Shown piece by piece: positions 51,338 to 64,000 of a DNA stretch of 64,000 nucleotides. The DNA is from Lama guanicoe (Eukaryota): assembly GCA_013239625.1 (NCBI GenBank), contig MU053810.1, positions 2,429,518 to 2,493,517 of the forward strand. The letters run 5' to 3'. A program made the position numbers and the translations under genes. Below the pieces are notes generated by a model. That model had not been told where the DNA came from and ran no database searches. It worked only from the letters and a program-made list of their open reading frames with translations. The first letter of the stretch is position 1, and every line of letters starts with the position of its first letter.

Positions 51338-54300
51338 AGAAAATGAAGAAGCTCATCTTCCTGGACAAGTCAAGTGTGACCCTGTCAACAGGCAGAGGAG
51401 GAGAGGACCAGGGTCCAGTGTTCACCAGCCACATGAGCCTACGACATTTGCAAATACCCAGTGCCTTAGTCCTCACAGTATGTCCGGCAGCATAATAGTT
51501 TTTTGGACTCTGACATTTACAGAATTGAGCCCAGGGAGAGGAAAAGAGAAGGCATGCGAGGAATGAGAAAAGGGAAGAGAAATGGAATCATTTTCCACGG
51601 GAGAGGGAGGGGGAAACTGCAAATAACCAAATGCCAGCCCTTAGTAACTATCAATTTCTAAAGTGAGACTCTCTCACTTTTTCATATGAAAATTAGCTTC
51701 CATATAAATACACTAATTGGCCATTCTTGTCTTTTCTTTCGGGGTTTCCTGGCATCCCTTTGTGAGCTCTCTGTACACCTTCGATATTAGTCTGTCTCAG
51801 TTTCCTGCACAGTAAAAGCCAAAGACAGATTCTTGCCATTGAATCCAATGCTTTACAAATCCAAAGCCAGAATCTTCGGTCTGACATTACCCGTCTGTTT
51901 AAACTCAAACCCAGCACTCAATTTCTATAGATATTTTTCTTATTTTTAATTCCTTAAGACATTTGGGTAGCTCTCCAGTCTTTTTCATTAAGTCCAATAC
52001 TGAAGGCAGACTCCTATGTCCTCAGAGACAATGTCTTTGAATCAGATGGGCATCCAGAGACAGCCATCCCCATTGGGCTGAAGTGCCCTGAAAAACATCC
52101 TCCCTCTCCCTGGACGCAGGGCTGCTCAAGGAGCTGGCCACTGGCTGCACTCACAGTGCAGAAGCGTGACATTGTTTGTCTCTGCCATCAGAGCAGGCCC
52201 TGAGGATGACTGAAAGGAAAGGACCCTTGTCTCTGGGTCTCAGCCAGTACCCGGGGATCCGCTTCTGGAGCGACCACCGTCAGGATCCCCTTCCTCAGGC
52301 AGCTGTGACTGCAGGCACCAGGCTGCGAGCCCCAGAAGAGCCAGGTCTCCTCTGTGCTGTTCACTGTGCGTGTCCCTGGTGTCCAGAACAGTGCCAGACA
52401 CGTCACAGGGGAGTATCGATACTAATATTCAGTGACTGAGTAAACAGATAACCAGAGCCTTGGAGACCACTCCCCCCAATTCCACAGTTCGGCACGAGGT
52501 TCTTTCTTAGGTTTGTCATAATCCTATCTGCACTGTCTCGTTTCCTACCCCTGGAAATAAATACCTTTTCTGATGATTTAGTCCACGCTAAGATGTTAAT
52601 GGGTGCTAATGGGTTCATCTCCCTCTGCCCCCCGCCCCCGGCTCTAGGCCTGAAGCTGACCTTACCCCAGACCCTGTTATACCAGCCCCTCCCTTGCTGG
52701 GCTACAGACATTCATCCCCAGATGCAGAGAAGAAAGGATCCCCCTCCGCCGTGCTTGAATTCTTGAGTCGATGCCAAGAAATGGCCAGCAGAGCAGAACT
52801 AGTTGAGATAGAATTTCACGCATCTGCCAAGGACAGATTCCGCCGGCTGCTCAGGAACTCGCACTCACACAGCCCTGTCCAAGTAGCGTGAACACAGAGT
52901 AAGCCCTCACCAGATGTAGGAAGCGAGGGGCTGGCCCTCGGCGGCCCTGGGAGCCCCTGTCATCACCCCAGCTAGAGGTGCCAGAGGGAACGGGCTGCGC
53001 TCAGGTGAGACTCAGGGTAAAAGGATCCGACCAGTGCCAGTTCCAGCAACCGAGCCTGTGTGCCCAGGACCACCTGGGGGCTTTCTGCAGCGCCACTGCG
53101 CCCTGGCTCAGAGCTCCAAACTGGGTCAGAGTCTCAGAAGGTAGGTCCCAGAACCCGTGTTTTTCAAAACACTGTGATTCTGACGTCCAGCGCAGTTTGA
53201 ATAGCTGCCCCACTGGCTGATTGACCTACATTCTCTACCTACAACTCTTTTTCCCTTTTGGGAGGGAATCTGGCTCCTCATGTTACGCCAGGAGACTGTT
53301 AGCATCACTAAAAGGCTTTCCTGTCATTTCCAGGTTGAGTCTGGCTGTGCTCTCCTGGGTCACACGTAAGTGGACATCCCAGAGCCACCATCTCCAGTGA
53401 GTAACTGACGTGAGTTTGACTTTTCCTCTGTCAGGAGTTAGGAGATGAAAGGCATGTGCAGAAATGTGTTTATTCAATTCAAGAAATCCTAGCACTCTCT
53501 CTGTCTTGGGAGGAGTAGCAAAAGTACCTTGCCACATTGCTTGATCTCAGGAGCTGAGGGTCACGGTAGGAAGCTGGACACGTAAATGGCGAGCAGGAGG
53601 AGAATGCTGATGGGAGCAGCTGTTCCCTGGGTGGAAGCAGTCTTGGTTAGGACAGGGAGGACGCCGCTCAACCAGAATCAGAGAAGTAAGCCGCCCTTCA
53701 CTGCACCTGTGGGCTCTGGTCTCAAGCACATGCCAGGCGCGGGAACTGCCATGGATTCCTGGGGTATCTTTCCTGTTCCACCACTCGACTGGCTCTGGCC
53801 CTCTCTGGGGCTTGTTCACCAGGAGCTGGGTTCTTGGCTGACTCCATGGATGGAGCCCTGTGTTTAAGCTCCAATCTGAGCATCTGAGGTTTCATCTCTT
53901 TCTGTGGCCGAGGCATTGTTCTGACACTTGCCCCTGACCCCTGTTCCTTCCTGGCTTCTCTTGCCTCATCTCTGGCCCCCAATTCCTAGTCCCTATGCCT
54001 CACAGCCTCCACACACCTGCGGGACTTCATCGCCCATCTGCTGCCAATTCCCTCTGTCACATTTTTCCACAACCTGCCACAAGCCCACTTGTTGCCTCTT
54101 GTTGGCTCTCCATGACCCTGGCCACCTGCCTTTGGAAATGTCACTCTCCCCTGTCACCCCCATCTCCTGATACCGTACTCGGCCTGTTTCATTTTCTCCT
54201 GTTCCCTTCATCTGTCATTCCCCCTGCTCCCACCCCCTCCCCTTATTCTGTCTGTAAAGGGAGCTTCTGATGATATGAATCATCAGTGGAAAGCACACAC

Positions 54301-54744
54301 TTAGAGGAGTTTATGAATAAATGACTCTGCTTTCTTTCTTTATTACTACTGCCATGCAATTAGTTGCCCTTTAACCAATAAGTTCTCCCAAAACAATGCT
54401 TTTTTTTTAAACAATGTCCTTTAAATGCTTTCATCTCTGTAAGATTTCTGCTCCTTGATAATAATGGTGGTTGCTGTTTCTCTTATAGACCTAATGAGTT
54501 AGAGAGTGTGTATTTATGGGAACCCTCAACCTTCACTATGCCTCATAATTACCTAGGATGCTTTTAAAAAACACAATGCCTGGTATCTACTTTCAAACAT
54601 TTCTGCTCAATTGATTTGAAGTTGGGCTCTGCATCAATATTTCAAACATACTTCCCAGGAGAGGCTGATGTGCAGAAAGGTTTGAGACTCACTGATCTAT
54701 AGGAAAATCATTCATGATAAATGTGTATTCAAATAGTCAATTCC

Positions 54745-54849
54745 AGGGGGAGGGTATAGCTTAGTGATAAAGTGCATGCCTAGCATGCACAAGGTCCTGG
54801 GTTCAATTCCCAGTACCTCTGTTTAAAAAAATAAACAAATAAATAAACC
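54745..54849 (+). mobile_element. tRNA-Ala-derived SINE (Vic-1 type)
   Basis: Same head sequence, A-rich tail, TSD aa(a/g)tagtcaattcc at 54731-54744 and 54850-54863. Confidence 0.9.
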
Positions 54850-55971
54850 AAGTAGTCAATTCCTGGGAGTTTTGATTTAAAGCAGTGTAACCAAATCCTT
54901 CTGCAGCAAGGCAAAATATCTTAAATCTCACCCTACTCCACCCACTCCCAATTGCCAGTAGGAAAGAACTCTGTGATAAAGAATTAAAAGGAAACAAACC
55001 CATGATTTTGCATCTAAAAGAATGCTCTAAGTACCTTAAAAGTAGCCCACAAGATTTGTAATTTGCTAGTGTTTTGTAAGTTATTTTAAAGACACAAGTT
55101 ATTCAAAGAACACAAATTCATTGGTAACATATCACCAATGATCTTTCCCCTAAGAAGGAAATGTTAGCGAGATTGTATTATATTATTGGCTTCAGCAAAA
55201 AAGCTGATGGATGAACAGCTTATCTGTAACATTACTGGGAAATAATGGGCCAACAATACTGTTTATAAAAATTTGCACCATGAAAACTGTCACCATCACC
55301 AAAGATTACTCCAACGAACAGGAATTTATGACTTAAAGGCATGACTAGCAGCCACTTGAAATCACAGCCACACCTAGACAAGTGATATGAGACATCCTTT
55401 CCTCAGGTTGCAAGAGCTCCTTGAGTGCCTGTGTTACCAACATTATTAGCGTGGCTGCCAACATCTTAAAATACTGATGTAGTATTGTCAGTAAATGCTG
55501 GTAATGAAACAGTAACATAACTATTCTTTACTCATTTAGTAACTTAGTGATAAGAAGCTCTATACATTGAACAGAAAAATGAAAATTTATGAAATTTTGC
55601 CTCTTTTGCCCAAAAGAAACTTCCCCAAAACACATATTTTTAATGTGTATCCATGAGGAAAGCATTCCTGGTCAAGGACCACCCTATAAGAGTCCTAGTT
55701 TTTCTGAGGGATATATTTTACTGCCTTTTGAGACATCCAGGTCCAAATCTGATCTGTCTGGTTACAAATACCTCTGGAAGGAAACTTTTTTTTTATCCTA
55801 ATAAAGGTATTCACTTAATCTTTCAGACAAAAAAAAAATCATGTTTTTTATAAGTGAAAAGTGAGGGGGGAAAATCAACTTTGTTTAGGAAGTTTTCCAA
55901 AGGCAAATTTTGTTTAGCCTGCATGACTTATCCATGATGGAAAACAACTTTTCCCCAAAATGGCAATTTCT

Positions 55972-57167
55972 TTTTTTTTCAATAAAAACATTTCTTTTTT
56001 TTCTTTTTTCTTTTTTAAACTTTTTTTAAACTTTTATTGAGATATAGTCATTTTACAATGTTGTGTCAAATTCCAGTGTAAAGCACAATTTTTCAGTTAT
56101 ACATGAATATACATATATTCATTGTCACATTTTTTTTGCTGTGAGCTACAACAAGATCTGGTATATATTTCCCTGTGCTATACAATATAATCTTGTTTAT
56201 CTATTCTACATATGCCTGTCAGTATCTATAAATTTGGAACTCCTAGTCCATCCCTTCCCACCCGCCTCCCCATTGACAATCACAAGTTTGTATTCTATGT
56301 CTATAAGTCTGTTTCTGCTTTGTATTTATGTTCTTTTTTTTTAGATTCCACATATGAGTGATCGTATATGGTATTTTTCTTTCTCTTTCTGGCTTACTTC
56401 ACTTAGAATGACATTCTCCAGGGACATCCATGTTACTGCAAATGCCATTATGTTGTCATTTTTATGGCTGAATAGTATTCCATTATATAAATATACCACT
56501 TTTTCTTTACTCAGTCATCTGTTGATGGACATTTAGGCTTTTTCCATGTCTTGGCTATTGTAAATAGTGCTGCTATGAACATTGGGGTGCAGGTGTCTTC
56601 TTGAAGTAGGGTTCCTTCTGGATATATGCCCAGGAGCGGGATTCCTGGGTCATATGGTAAGTCTATTCCTAGTCTTTTGAGGAATCTCCATACTGGTTTC
56701 CACAGTGGCTGCATCCCACCAGCAGTGTAGGAGGGTCCCCTTTTCTCCACAGCCTCTCCAGCATTTGTCATTTGTGGACTTTTAAATGATGGCCATTCTG
56801 ACTGGTGTGAGGTGATACCTCATCATAGTTCTTATTTTCATTTCTCTGATAATTAGTGACATTGAGCATTTTGATGTGCCTATTGATCATTTGTATTTCT
56901 TCCTTGGAGAATTGCTTGTTTAGGTCTGCCCATTTTTGGATTGGGTTGTTTGTTTTTTTCTTATTAAGTTGTATGAGCTGCTTATATATTTTGGAGATCA
57001 AGCCTTTGTTGGTTTCATTTGCAAAAATTTTTTCCCATTCCTTAGGTTGTCATTTTGTTTTCCTTATGGTTTCCTTTGCTGTGCAGAAGCTTGTAAGTTT
57101 AATTAGGTCCCATTTGTTTATTCTTGCTTTTATTTCTATTGCTTGGGTAGACTGCCCTTAGAGAAAT
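55972..57167 (-). mobile_element. 5'-truncated young LINE-1 (ORF2 C-terminus, 3'UTR, poly-A)
   Basis: Minus-strand ORFs give L1 ORF2 motifs [65 protein letters not shown]-rich tail at left; 12-bp TSD atggcaatttct at 55960-55971 and 57168-57179. Confidence 0.95.
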
Positions 57168-58024
57168 ATGGCAATTTCTAAAGATTGAGATGTAGGGAAA
57201 AAATCAGCCTAAAAATTTAGAACCAATATAAACTCAAATATCCAGACCAAACAGGACCAGTAAGCTCTGAATATAAGAAAATCCAGAAAACCTTAGGAAA
57301 TCTAAAATCTCTGAGCCCCTTTGCAAAGATACTAGAAATTTGAGCTTAACTAAAATGGAGAAATAAAAGTTTAATTTTTGTTCATTCTCTTTCTCTCAAT
57401 TTCCACATACAAAACAGCTGCTAGTTCTTGGAATTTGAGAAGCTTGCAATCTGTGCATAATTACTTTAATAAGTATAAAACATGTCCTATAAGTATGCCA
57501 TAATTGATGACACTTTAATTCTGCAAGCTTAAAACTGAGAATTGCTATTTTCAAGTTGCTGGAGAACAGGAAGTTCATTTAGTTTTTATCTCAGGACCTC
57601 CCGATACCTGGGGCGATACTTTTTATATTACAAGTATTACCGAAAACATATTGCTTCAACTTACTCATGTGACTCTAGTGCTTGTAAAGCAGGGAAGACC
57701 CTAAGCATGAACAGACCTTCCAAAGAGCTGTCTTGCAGAAGTTACCATAAACACAACAGCTTGGAAAGGAACCTGTCCCTTTGGTTCAGTTAAGGGACAT
57801 TTGCAGTTACCAGTGCCTTGTATTTTCATGTAGATTTGCCTCTAAGCTCACCGGAGCAAGCAACCCCTCAGGTTTTGGGGGATTCATCCTCATGACTGCT
57901 TTCCAACTGTGTGGCACCAACAGAACCCACATCCGAAAGGAAGAAGACTCAAGCTCCCCAGGTTTTTGCCTCTTTTATAAGGTCATCAAGCCCATACTCT
58001 CACTACGCACCAGTATTTCCCAAC

Positions 58025-58516
58025 TGTCTTAACTTAAGTTCCCATAACATAATACCGTAAATTGGGTGGCTTAGACAACAGAAATTTACTTCCTTGTTGT
58101 TCTGGAGGCTGGAAGTCCAAGATCAAAGTGCTGGCTCCTGGTATGGGTCTTCTTGCTGGCTTGCAGACAGCTGCCTTCTCACTGCATCCTCACGTGGCCT
58201 TCCATCCGTTTGCGTGTGTCTGTGTGTGTCTGTGTCTGTGCGCACACACACATGCACAGAAAGAGATATCTCTGGCTGCGTCTTCACATGGCCTACCCTC
58301 TGCATGTGTGTGTGTGTGTATGTGTGCGCACACACATACAGAGAGAGAGACAGATGTGGTATCTCTTCATATAAGGACACTAGTCCTATCAGATCAGGGC
58401 CCCATTCTTATGACTCCATCTAATCCTAACTACATCCAAAGGCCCCATCTCAAGTTACTCATTAGACGTTAGGGCTTCAACATATGAATTCTGTGAGGAC
58501 ACATTCAGTCCATAAC
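58025..58516 (-). mobile_element. MaLR LTR (MLT1A/B-like)
   Basis: gggtggcttagacaacagaaattta..gttctggaggctggaagtccaagatcaa...ttcaacatatgaatt..ggacacattcagtccataac. Confidence 0.85.
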
Positions 58517-59044
58517 CCCAAACTTTTCTCATCATTGGAAACCCCCCCCCCAAAAAAAACCAAGACTTGATTAAAACAAACCCAAACAAAAGCAGATTCT
58601 CACTACCTGCCCGTGATGCTCTGACTGCAGAAGCTTCAGGTGAAGCTGGGAATTGTCCAGGGTGATTCTGACAATCAGCTAGTTCACGAAACACTGATCA
58701 GCCTGACGACATCTAAACTGTAAGTTGACTTTCTCTCCATCCAGACTCTTTTCCTTGTCCTGTTTCTGCAAACTGGCAGGCTGGACTGTTAGGGCACCAC
58801 CATACCTGGGCTCAAATGCAGCTCAAAGCCAGGTGCAGATCTTACACTGAACACAGCATCCCTGCAAGTGCCAGCAGCCCGCATACATGGGTCAGCCTTC
58901 ACGTTTTCCAGGTGGGCTGGAGGAGGTGACAGGCTAAAGTGCACCTTCTGTGCTACTGAGAAGACTCAGTGCTGTCCACAGGCCACCAGTACAGGAGAGC
59001 CACTGAAAGGCTGTGTTTTGTAAAATCACAGTGTAAGAGCCTTT

Positions 59045-59770
59045 CTTTTTCATAACATAAAATTGACCATTTTAACCCTTTTTAAGCACATAGCTCTACA
59101 GCAATGAGTACATTCCCACCACTGTGTGACCATCCCCAGAATCCTTCCCCAGAACTTTTTCATCTTTCCCAACTGAAGCTCCATCCCCACTAAACACTAG
59201 CTTCCCATTCCCCCTCCCCAGTCCCCAGCAACCACCACTCCACATCCTGCTTTCTGTCTCCATGAATCTCACTACTCTAGGTACCTCATACAAGTGGAGT
59301 CAGACAATATTTGACCTTTTTGTGATTGACATTTCACTTAGCATGTCTTCAGGGTTCATCCATGTTATGGCATGTGTTGGAATTTCGTTCCTCTTTAAGG
59401 CTGAATATCCCATCGTATGCATGCATTTTATGTATCCATTCATCCGACGATGAACATGCCAATTGCTTCTACATTTTGCCTATTGTGAACAACGCTGCTA
59501 TGAACATGGGGGTACAAATATCTGTTCAAGTCTCTGCTTCTAATTTTTCTGGGTGTCTATCCAGACATGGAATTGCTGGGTCACATAGTCGTTCTAAGTT
59601 TCAGTTCTTCAGCCACACAGTTTTATATTTTGCATTTTCTCTAGCACTGCACACGGATTCCAGTTTCTCCACATCCTCATCATTATTTATTATTTTCTGG
59701 GTTTTTTTAAATAATAGCCATCCTAAGCCTGTAGGGTCTTAATTTGAATTGCCTGAATTATTAGTGAAGA
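59045..59770 (-). mobile_element. Old LINE-1 (L1MB-like) fragment
   Basis: Minus ORF YEVPRVVRFMETESRM is the L1MB 3'UTR signature; continues into ORF2-end sequence (gctgctatgaacatggg). Confidence 0.8.
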
Positions 59771-60199
59771 GTCTTTCTTTTAGGGAACAAAAAAAGAAAA
59801 AAAAATGTAGCCCCAAAGATTTAGGTCGGAAGATGGTCCCAGGAAACAGAGGCAAATGTACAGAATCACAATAAAAGAGAGCAAGTGATGTGAGAATGCA
59901 GACTTACAAATGTTAATCTCCAAAGCATGCTTTAAAAATAAAGGTAATGCTACCTTAAGCAAAACAAACTCAGGAGGATATCACTTCCCCCAAGGTATAA
60001 TACGAAATTGAATTGCCATGGATAAGCTTACAATGTACTTAAGCTGTCTGCAGAAAAAAAAAAAACTATGGTAACATTTCTTCCATATATAAAAAAAGGA
60101 TCAATTTATTCATTTACCACTTAAAAAATTCAGAGGAAATTCAATCTACCATGAGATCACTTTCACAGTGATGAATCAAAATGATAAAAATCTTCTTGC

Positions 60200-60275
60200 A
60201 GCTTGCCAGAAGACAGCAGCAAAACTTCCTAACACAGCATTGTAAACAGACTATACTTCAATTTAAAAAAAAAAT
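60200..60275 (+). mobile_element. Very short LINE-1 3' terminus
   Basis: aacacagcattgtaaacagactatacttcaattt followed by poly-A matches the last ~35 nt of the other L1 copies. Confidence 0.6.
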
Positions 60276-61359
60276 TTTTTTAATTTCTTGCCACTTTAAA
60301 ACATTGAAACCTAGTGTTTTGTCAGCCAACATTCTTTGCCCAGAAGACCTACAGGTTTGGGGCTGGGATCCAGAAAAGGGATTAGCAATAGGAAATTTGG
60401 CATCAGACAAGGGAATGTTCTGGAAAAACATCAGTGTCTAACTTCCTTCCCCACGTATACATAAAGCAGTGTACATTCATAGCACAGCCAGTGGCTTTAG
60501 GAACGGGGACTAGTTTAACTTAACAGACAGGTAACTACACTTAGAACGGCATTTGAAAACTCATTCTAAAGGGAATTGATATGGCAAATTCTGCACAAAA
60601 TGCAATATAAAAACAGTACTGCATACACCGTGATGTGCACAAAATCCGCATTATTTTTTGTGGTTTCTTTTATTTCTAAGCTGCAGTCGGTTACCATGTA
60701 CCACCTTACTTGGTCAGGAACTTAATTCTCATGCTTCTCCCTCCCTTCTCAAATCACATTTTTTTGTCTTAAGAGGTCAAAAATAAAGCCTTTTGAATGT
60801 TCCAGGGTTTGCATTTATTATGAGTATGAGGCAGAAGTTCCACAGGAATCATCATTCATGGGACAAACTGGTTTCAATCTGATGTTAATTCAAAGTTCCT
60901 CTGTTCAAAAAGGCTGAGGTAGGGGTGTGCAGGGTCGCACACCTGTGATTAACATGCCCGAGCCCTGGGGCTGCAATTCCTTCTTCACTTGGCTGCTGCT
61001 GAAACACAGTCTTTGTCAGAAAAATAAGTGTAACCCCTTCAGTGCCTGGACCAGTGGATAGTTGCAGAGAGAAGTGATAATGGGAGGTTAGGATCCTCCC
61101 TGTGGCCAGTGAGAAGACCTGGCTGTGGGGGAAAGTCAGGGAGGACCAGAGAACTATCGACCTGAAGGAAATGGATGGTCTCTCCTTTCTAGGCAAGCAG
61201 CAAGATTCATTTACCTTCATCAAAACCAGAATAATGTGTTCTGAGCTTGGCTCCTACAACCCAGGTTTCTGCTGGGATAAACTTCCTAGAGTCAGTGATT
61301 AGCTGTTTTGTCTGAGCCCTTTGAACAGCACTCCCCTCATGCCTGCCTCAAATGGTCAC

Positions 61360-61667
61360 TGTTAAAAGAGAAACTAAAAATGTGGAGAGTGTATCTGAGC
61401 AAAAATTGACTGCAACTCGGCAGTACCAAACTGGAAGTGGTTTTGAGGCTCCATCGACAAGCTGGACTTTTTTTAGAGGAAAGGCAGAAGCAAAGAAAGG
61501 AAATTATTTGATTGGTTAGAGCTTAAAGCCTAGTTGGCTGTGACTGATTGTCCTTACGTTACAACCGCATGACCCTGAGGCACTGACAAGCAGATCTGGG
61601 TTGTCTACGGACGCCACCATGATGAGAGAGCCACCTCGGTCTGGTGGCCTCTTTGTCTAATGTGGCA
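61360..61667 (-). mobile_element. Solo LTR, ERV1-class
   Basis: TG...CA termini flanked by exact 4-bp TSD tcac (61356-61359, 61668-61671); CCAAT-type boxes on the minus strand. Confidence 0.75.
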
Positions 61668-62861
61668 TCACTAATATTAAGCAGGAGAAAAAGAAAATAA
61701 ATAACAGTCCTGTGTGTAGGACTATTCAAAGTGCTAATCATTCATTTAAGAGCCGACACCTTTGTTATAAGAATTAGTTAATAATCTATATTGACTGGGG
61801 GTGGGTACCAGACAAAGAGGAGCCTCAGTAAGACAATTCAAGGGAAGGCAATATACCTGATTTTGCCTTCTCTGCACACCAGAGTCATGACTGTATTTGT
61901 GAGACTGGATTACCTTCTTTTGAGAATCTTTTTTTTTTTTAAACAATACTCAATAGGGTTTTTAACCTAAGACAAAGTGGAGATAGCAAAAGTGTCGCCA
62001 GTACCAAGGATTTCAAAAAACGCTTAGATATAAGATGGCCCACTCTAAAGTCACCCCACCACAGATAATAGATAGGGAGGCTCAGCCCTGAAACAAAAAT
62101 CCATAAAAATTTCATACATAAGACTCCAGTGGTGCACTGCTTTAAAATTCAGAGTCCCAGGCCCATCCTCATAGATGCTGTTTTAGACCATCTCCTAGGA
62201 TGAGATCCAGGAATCTGCATTTTTAACCAGCACCCCTGCCCCCTCCCCACACACACACACATACACACACACACGATCCTGCTGCATCTATTCAGACACT
62301 TACCCTTTGAGAAACACTGCCCTAAAAGACGGGGTGATTCCCAGACCCTCACGCTTGATCCCACCTGACAATCTGCATTCATAAGCCTATGGTGAGCCAC
62401 AAGACCTTAAAACAAAAAAGTAGAATGTCAGAGGCAAACACTGGCAGTGGCCCCTTGGTCTGGGCTGAAGAGAGAGAGACATGATCTAACCCAGCAACTC
62501 CCCCTGCCTGGGCAGAACGGCAAGTATCTCCCGTTGTGGAGATGGATGCATCAGATCATCTTAGCCTGGCATCATTAAGCATCTGAATTATAAAACAAAC
62601 TCCCCCTGTTCCAATTTATGTGGTCACTAAGCAACTTTTTCTTATAGAATTTGACTTCCCATAAAACATGCCTTTGCTGTTGGCCAAAGACTGCTAGTAT
62701 CCAGTCCCTTTGGCCCTTTTAGTAATGAGAAATTGGCAGTTACTTCGGCTTTTCCGTCATTCTTTGAGTTTGGTTCATGGGACTCCACCCTTGAGAAACA
62801 TTCCACTCTCCACAATTCATGGATTGATAAATTAGGTGTCTGTGCTTCCAAGGCTTAGGAG

Positions 62862-63003
62862 TACAGTATTACATGATTGGTTGACTCTGTGGATGTGAAA
62901 CCATGGAGACCATGGGCCAACAATGGGAACTGAGCATCCATGGATTTTGGTATCCACAGTGCATCCTGGAACCAATCCCCGAAGGATACCAGGGGTGTCA
63001 GTG
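62862..63003 (-). mobile_element. MER2-like Tigger MITE fragment
   Basis: tgagcatccatggattttggtatccac..tcctggaaccaatcccc..ggataccagggg is the reverse complement of the MER2 terminus. Confidence 0.7.
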
Positions 63004-63149
63004 CCCTGAATCCCCCTCATTGTTCAATGATCAACTGCATTCTAGTTTTCAGCTTATGTATACTCCCACGTTGTATGCTCCCTGCCATACTTCCAGAGGC
63101 AGGAAACAGGTTTATTCATCTCTGATATTTCAAGGATACCCAAGATATA

Positions 63150-63400
63150 TTATTGAATGAAAAGTGTAAAATGCAAGGTAAAAACTGTAGAGACAGAAAT
63201 GCCATTTATTCGTGTTTGTAAATTTCATATATATGCATGTATACGCATTCAAAATTTTTAGAAGGATAAACAAGAGACCATTATCAGGATTTACCTCTGG
63301 GGATGGGTGGGGAGGAAGGAGAGGAGACTTCAACTGTTTCTATTTTATGTTTTACCATGTCATGCATTAAATTTATAATTAAAAATAATTTAAAAGAAAG
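63150..63400 (+). mobile_element. Ancient LINE-1 (L1ME-like) 3' fragment
   Basis: gccatttattcgtg...ttacctctggggatggg...catgtcatgcattaaattt pattern. Confidence 0.45.
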
Positions 63401-63439
63401 TTATATACATGATAGTATAGTAATGTTAAGATCACTCAT

Positions 63440-64000
<561 letters not shown>

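Noticed and set aside
56511..57001. Protein-coding gene on the minus strand
   Set aside because: Frameshifted pieces of L1 ORF2 in a 5'-truncated insertion.

Overview
Mammalian genomic DNA, most likely camelid (camel/alpaca/llama): it carries several tRNA-Ala-derived SINEs of the camelid Vic-1 type and young L1 3' ends sharing one 3'UTR. It reads as repeat-rich intronic or intergenic sequence, and I can support no intact protein-coding gene. Recognisable gene-derived material is a full-length processed pseudogene of prothymosin alpha (PTMA, 50093-51337, with target-site duplication [TSD], poly-A tail and frameshift, inserted into an old CR1/L3 element) and a processed pseudogene of SRSF10 (from about 63440, running off the window end). 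Other content: L1 fragments with TSDs, ERV1/MaLR solo LTRs, MIR/L2, hAT and Tigger MITEs, a decayed mariner transposase, microsatellites, and several repeat-free enhancer-like stretches, one ending in a candidate small exon (37078-37153). Almost all ORFs in the supplied track look spurious. I see no evidence of a novel multi-gene system. Repeat family names are recalled, not from a search, and ancient-repeat boundaries are approximate.
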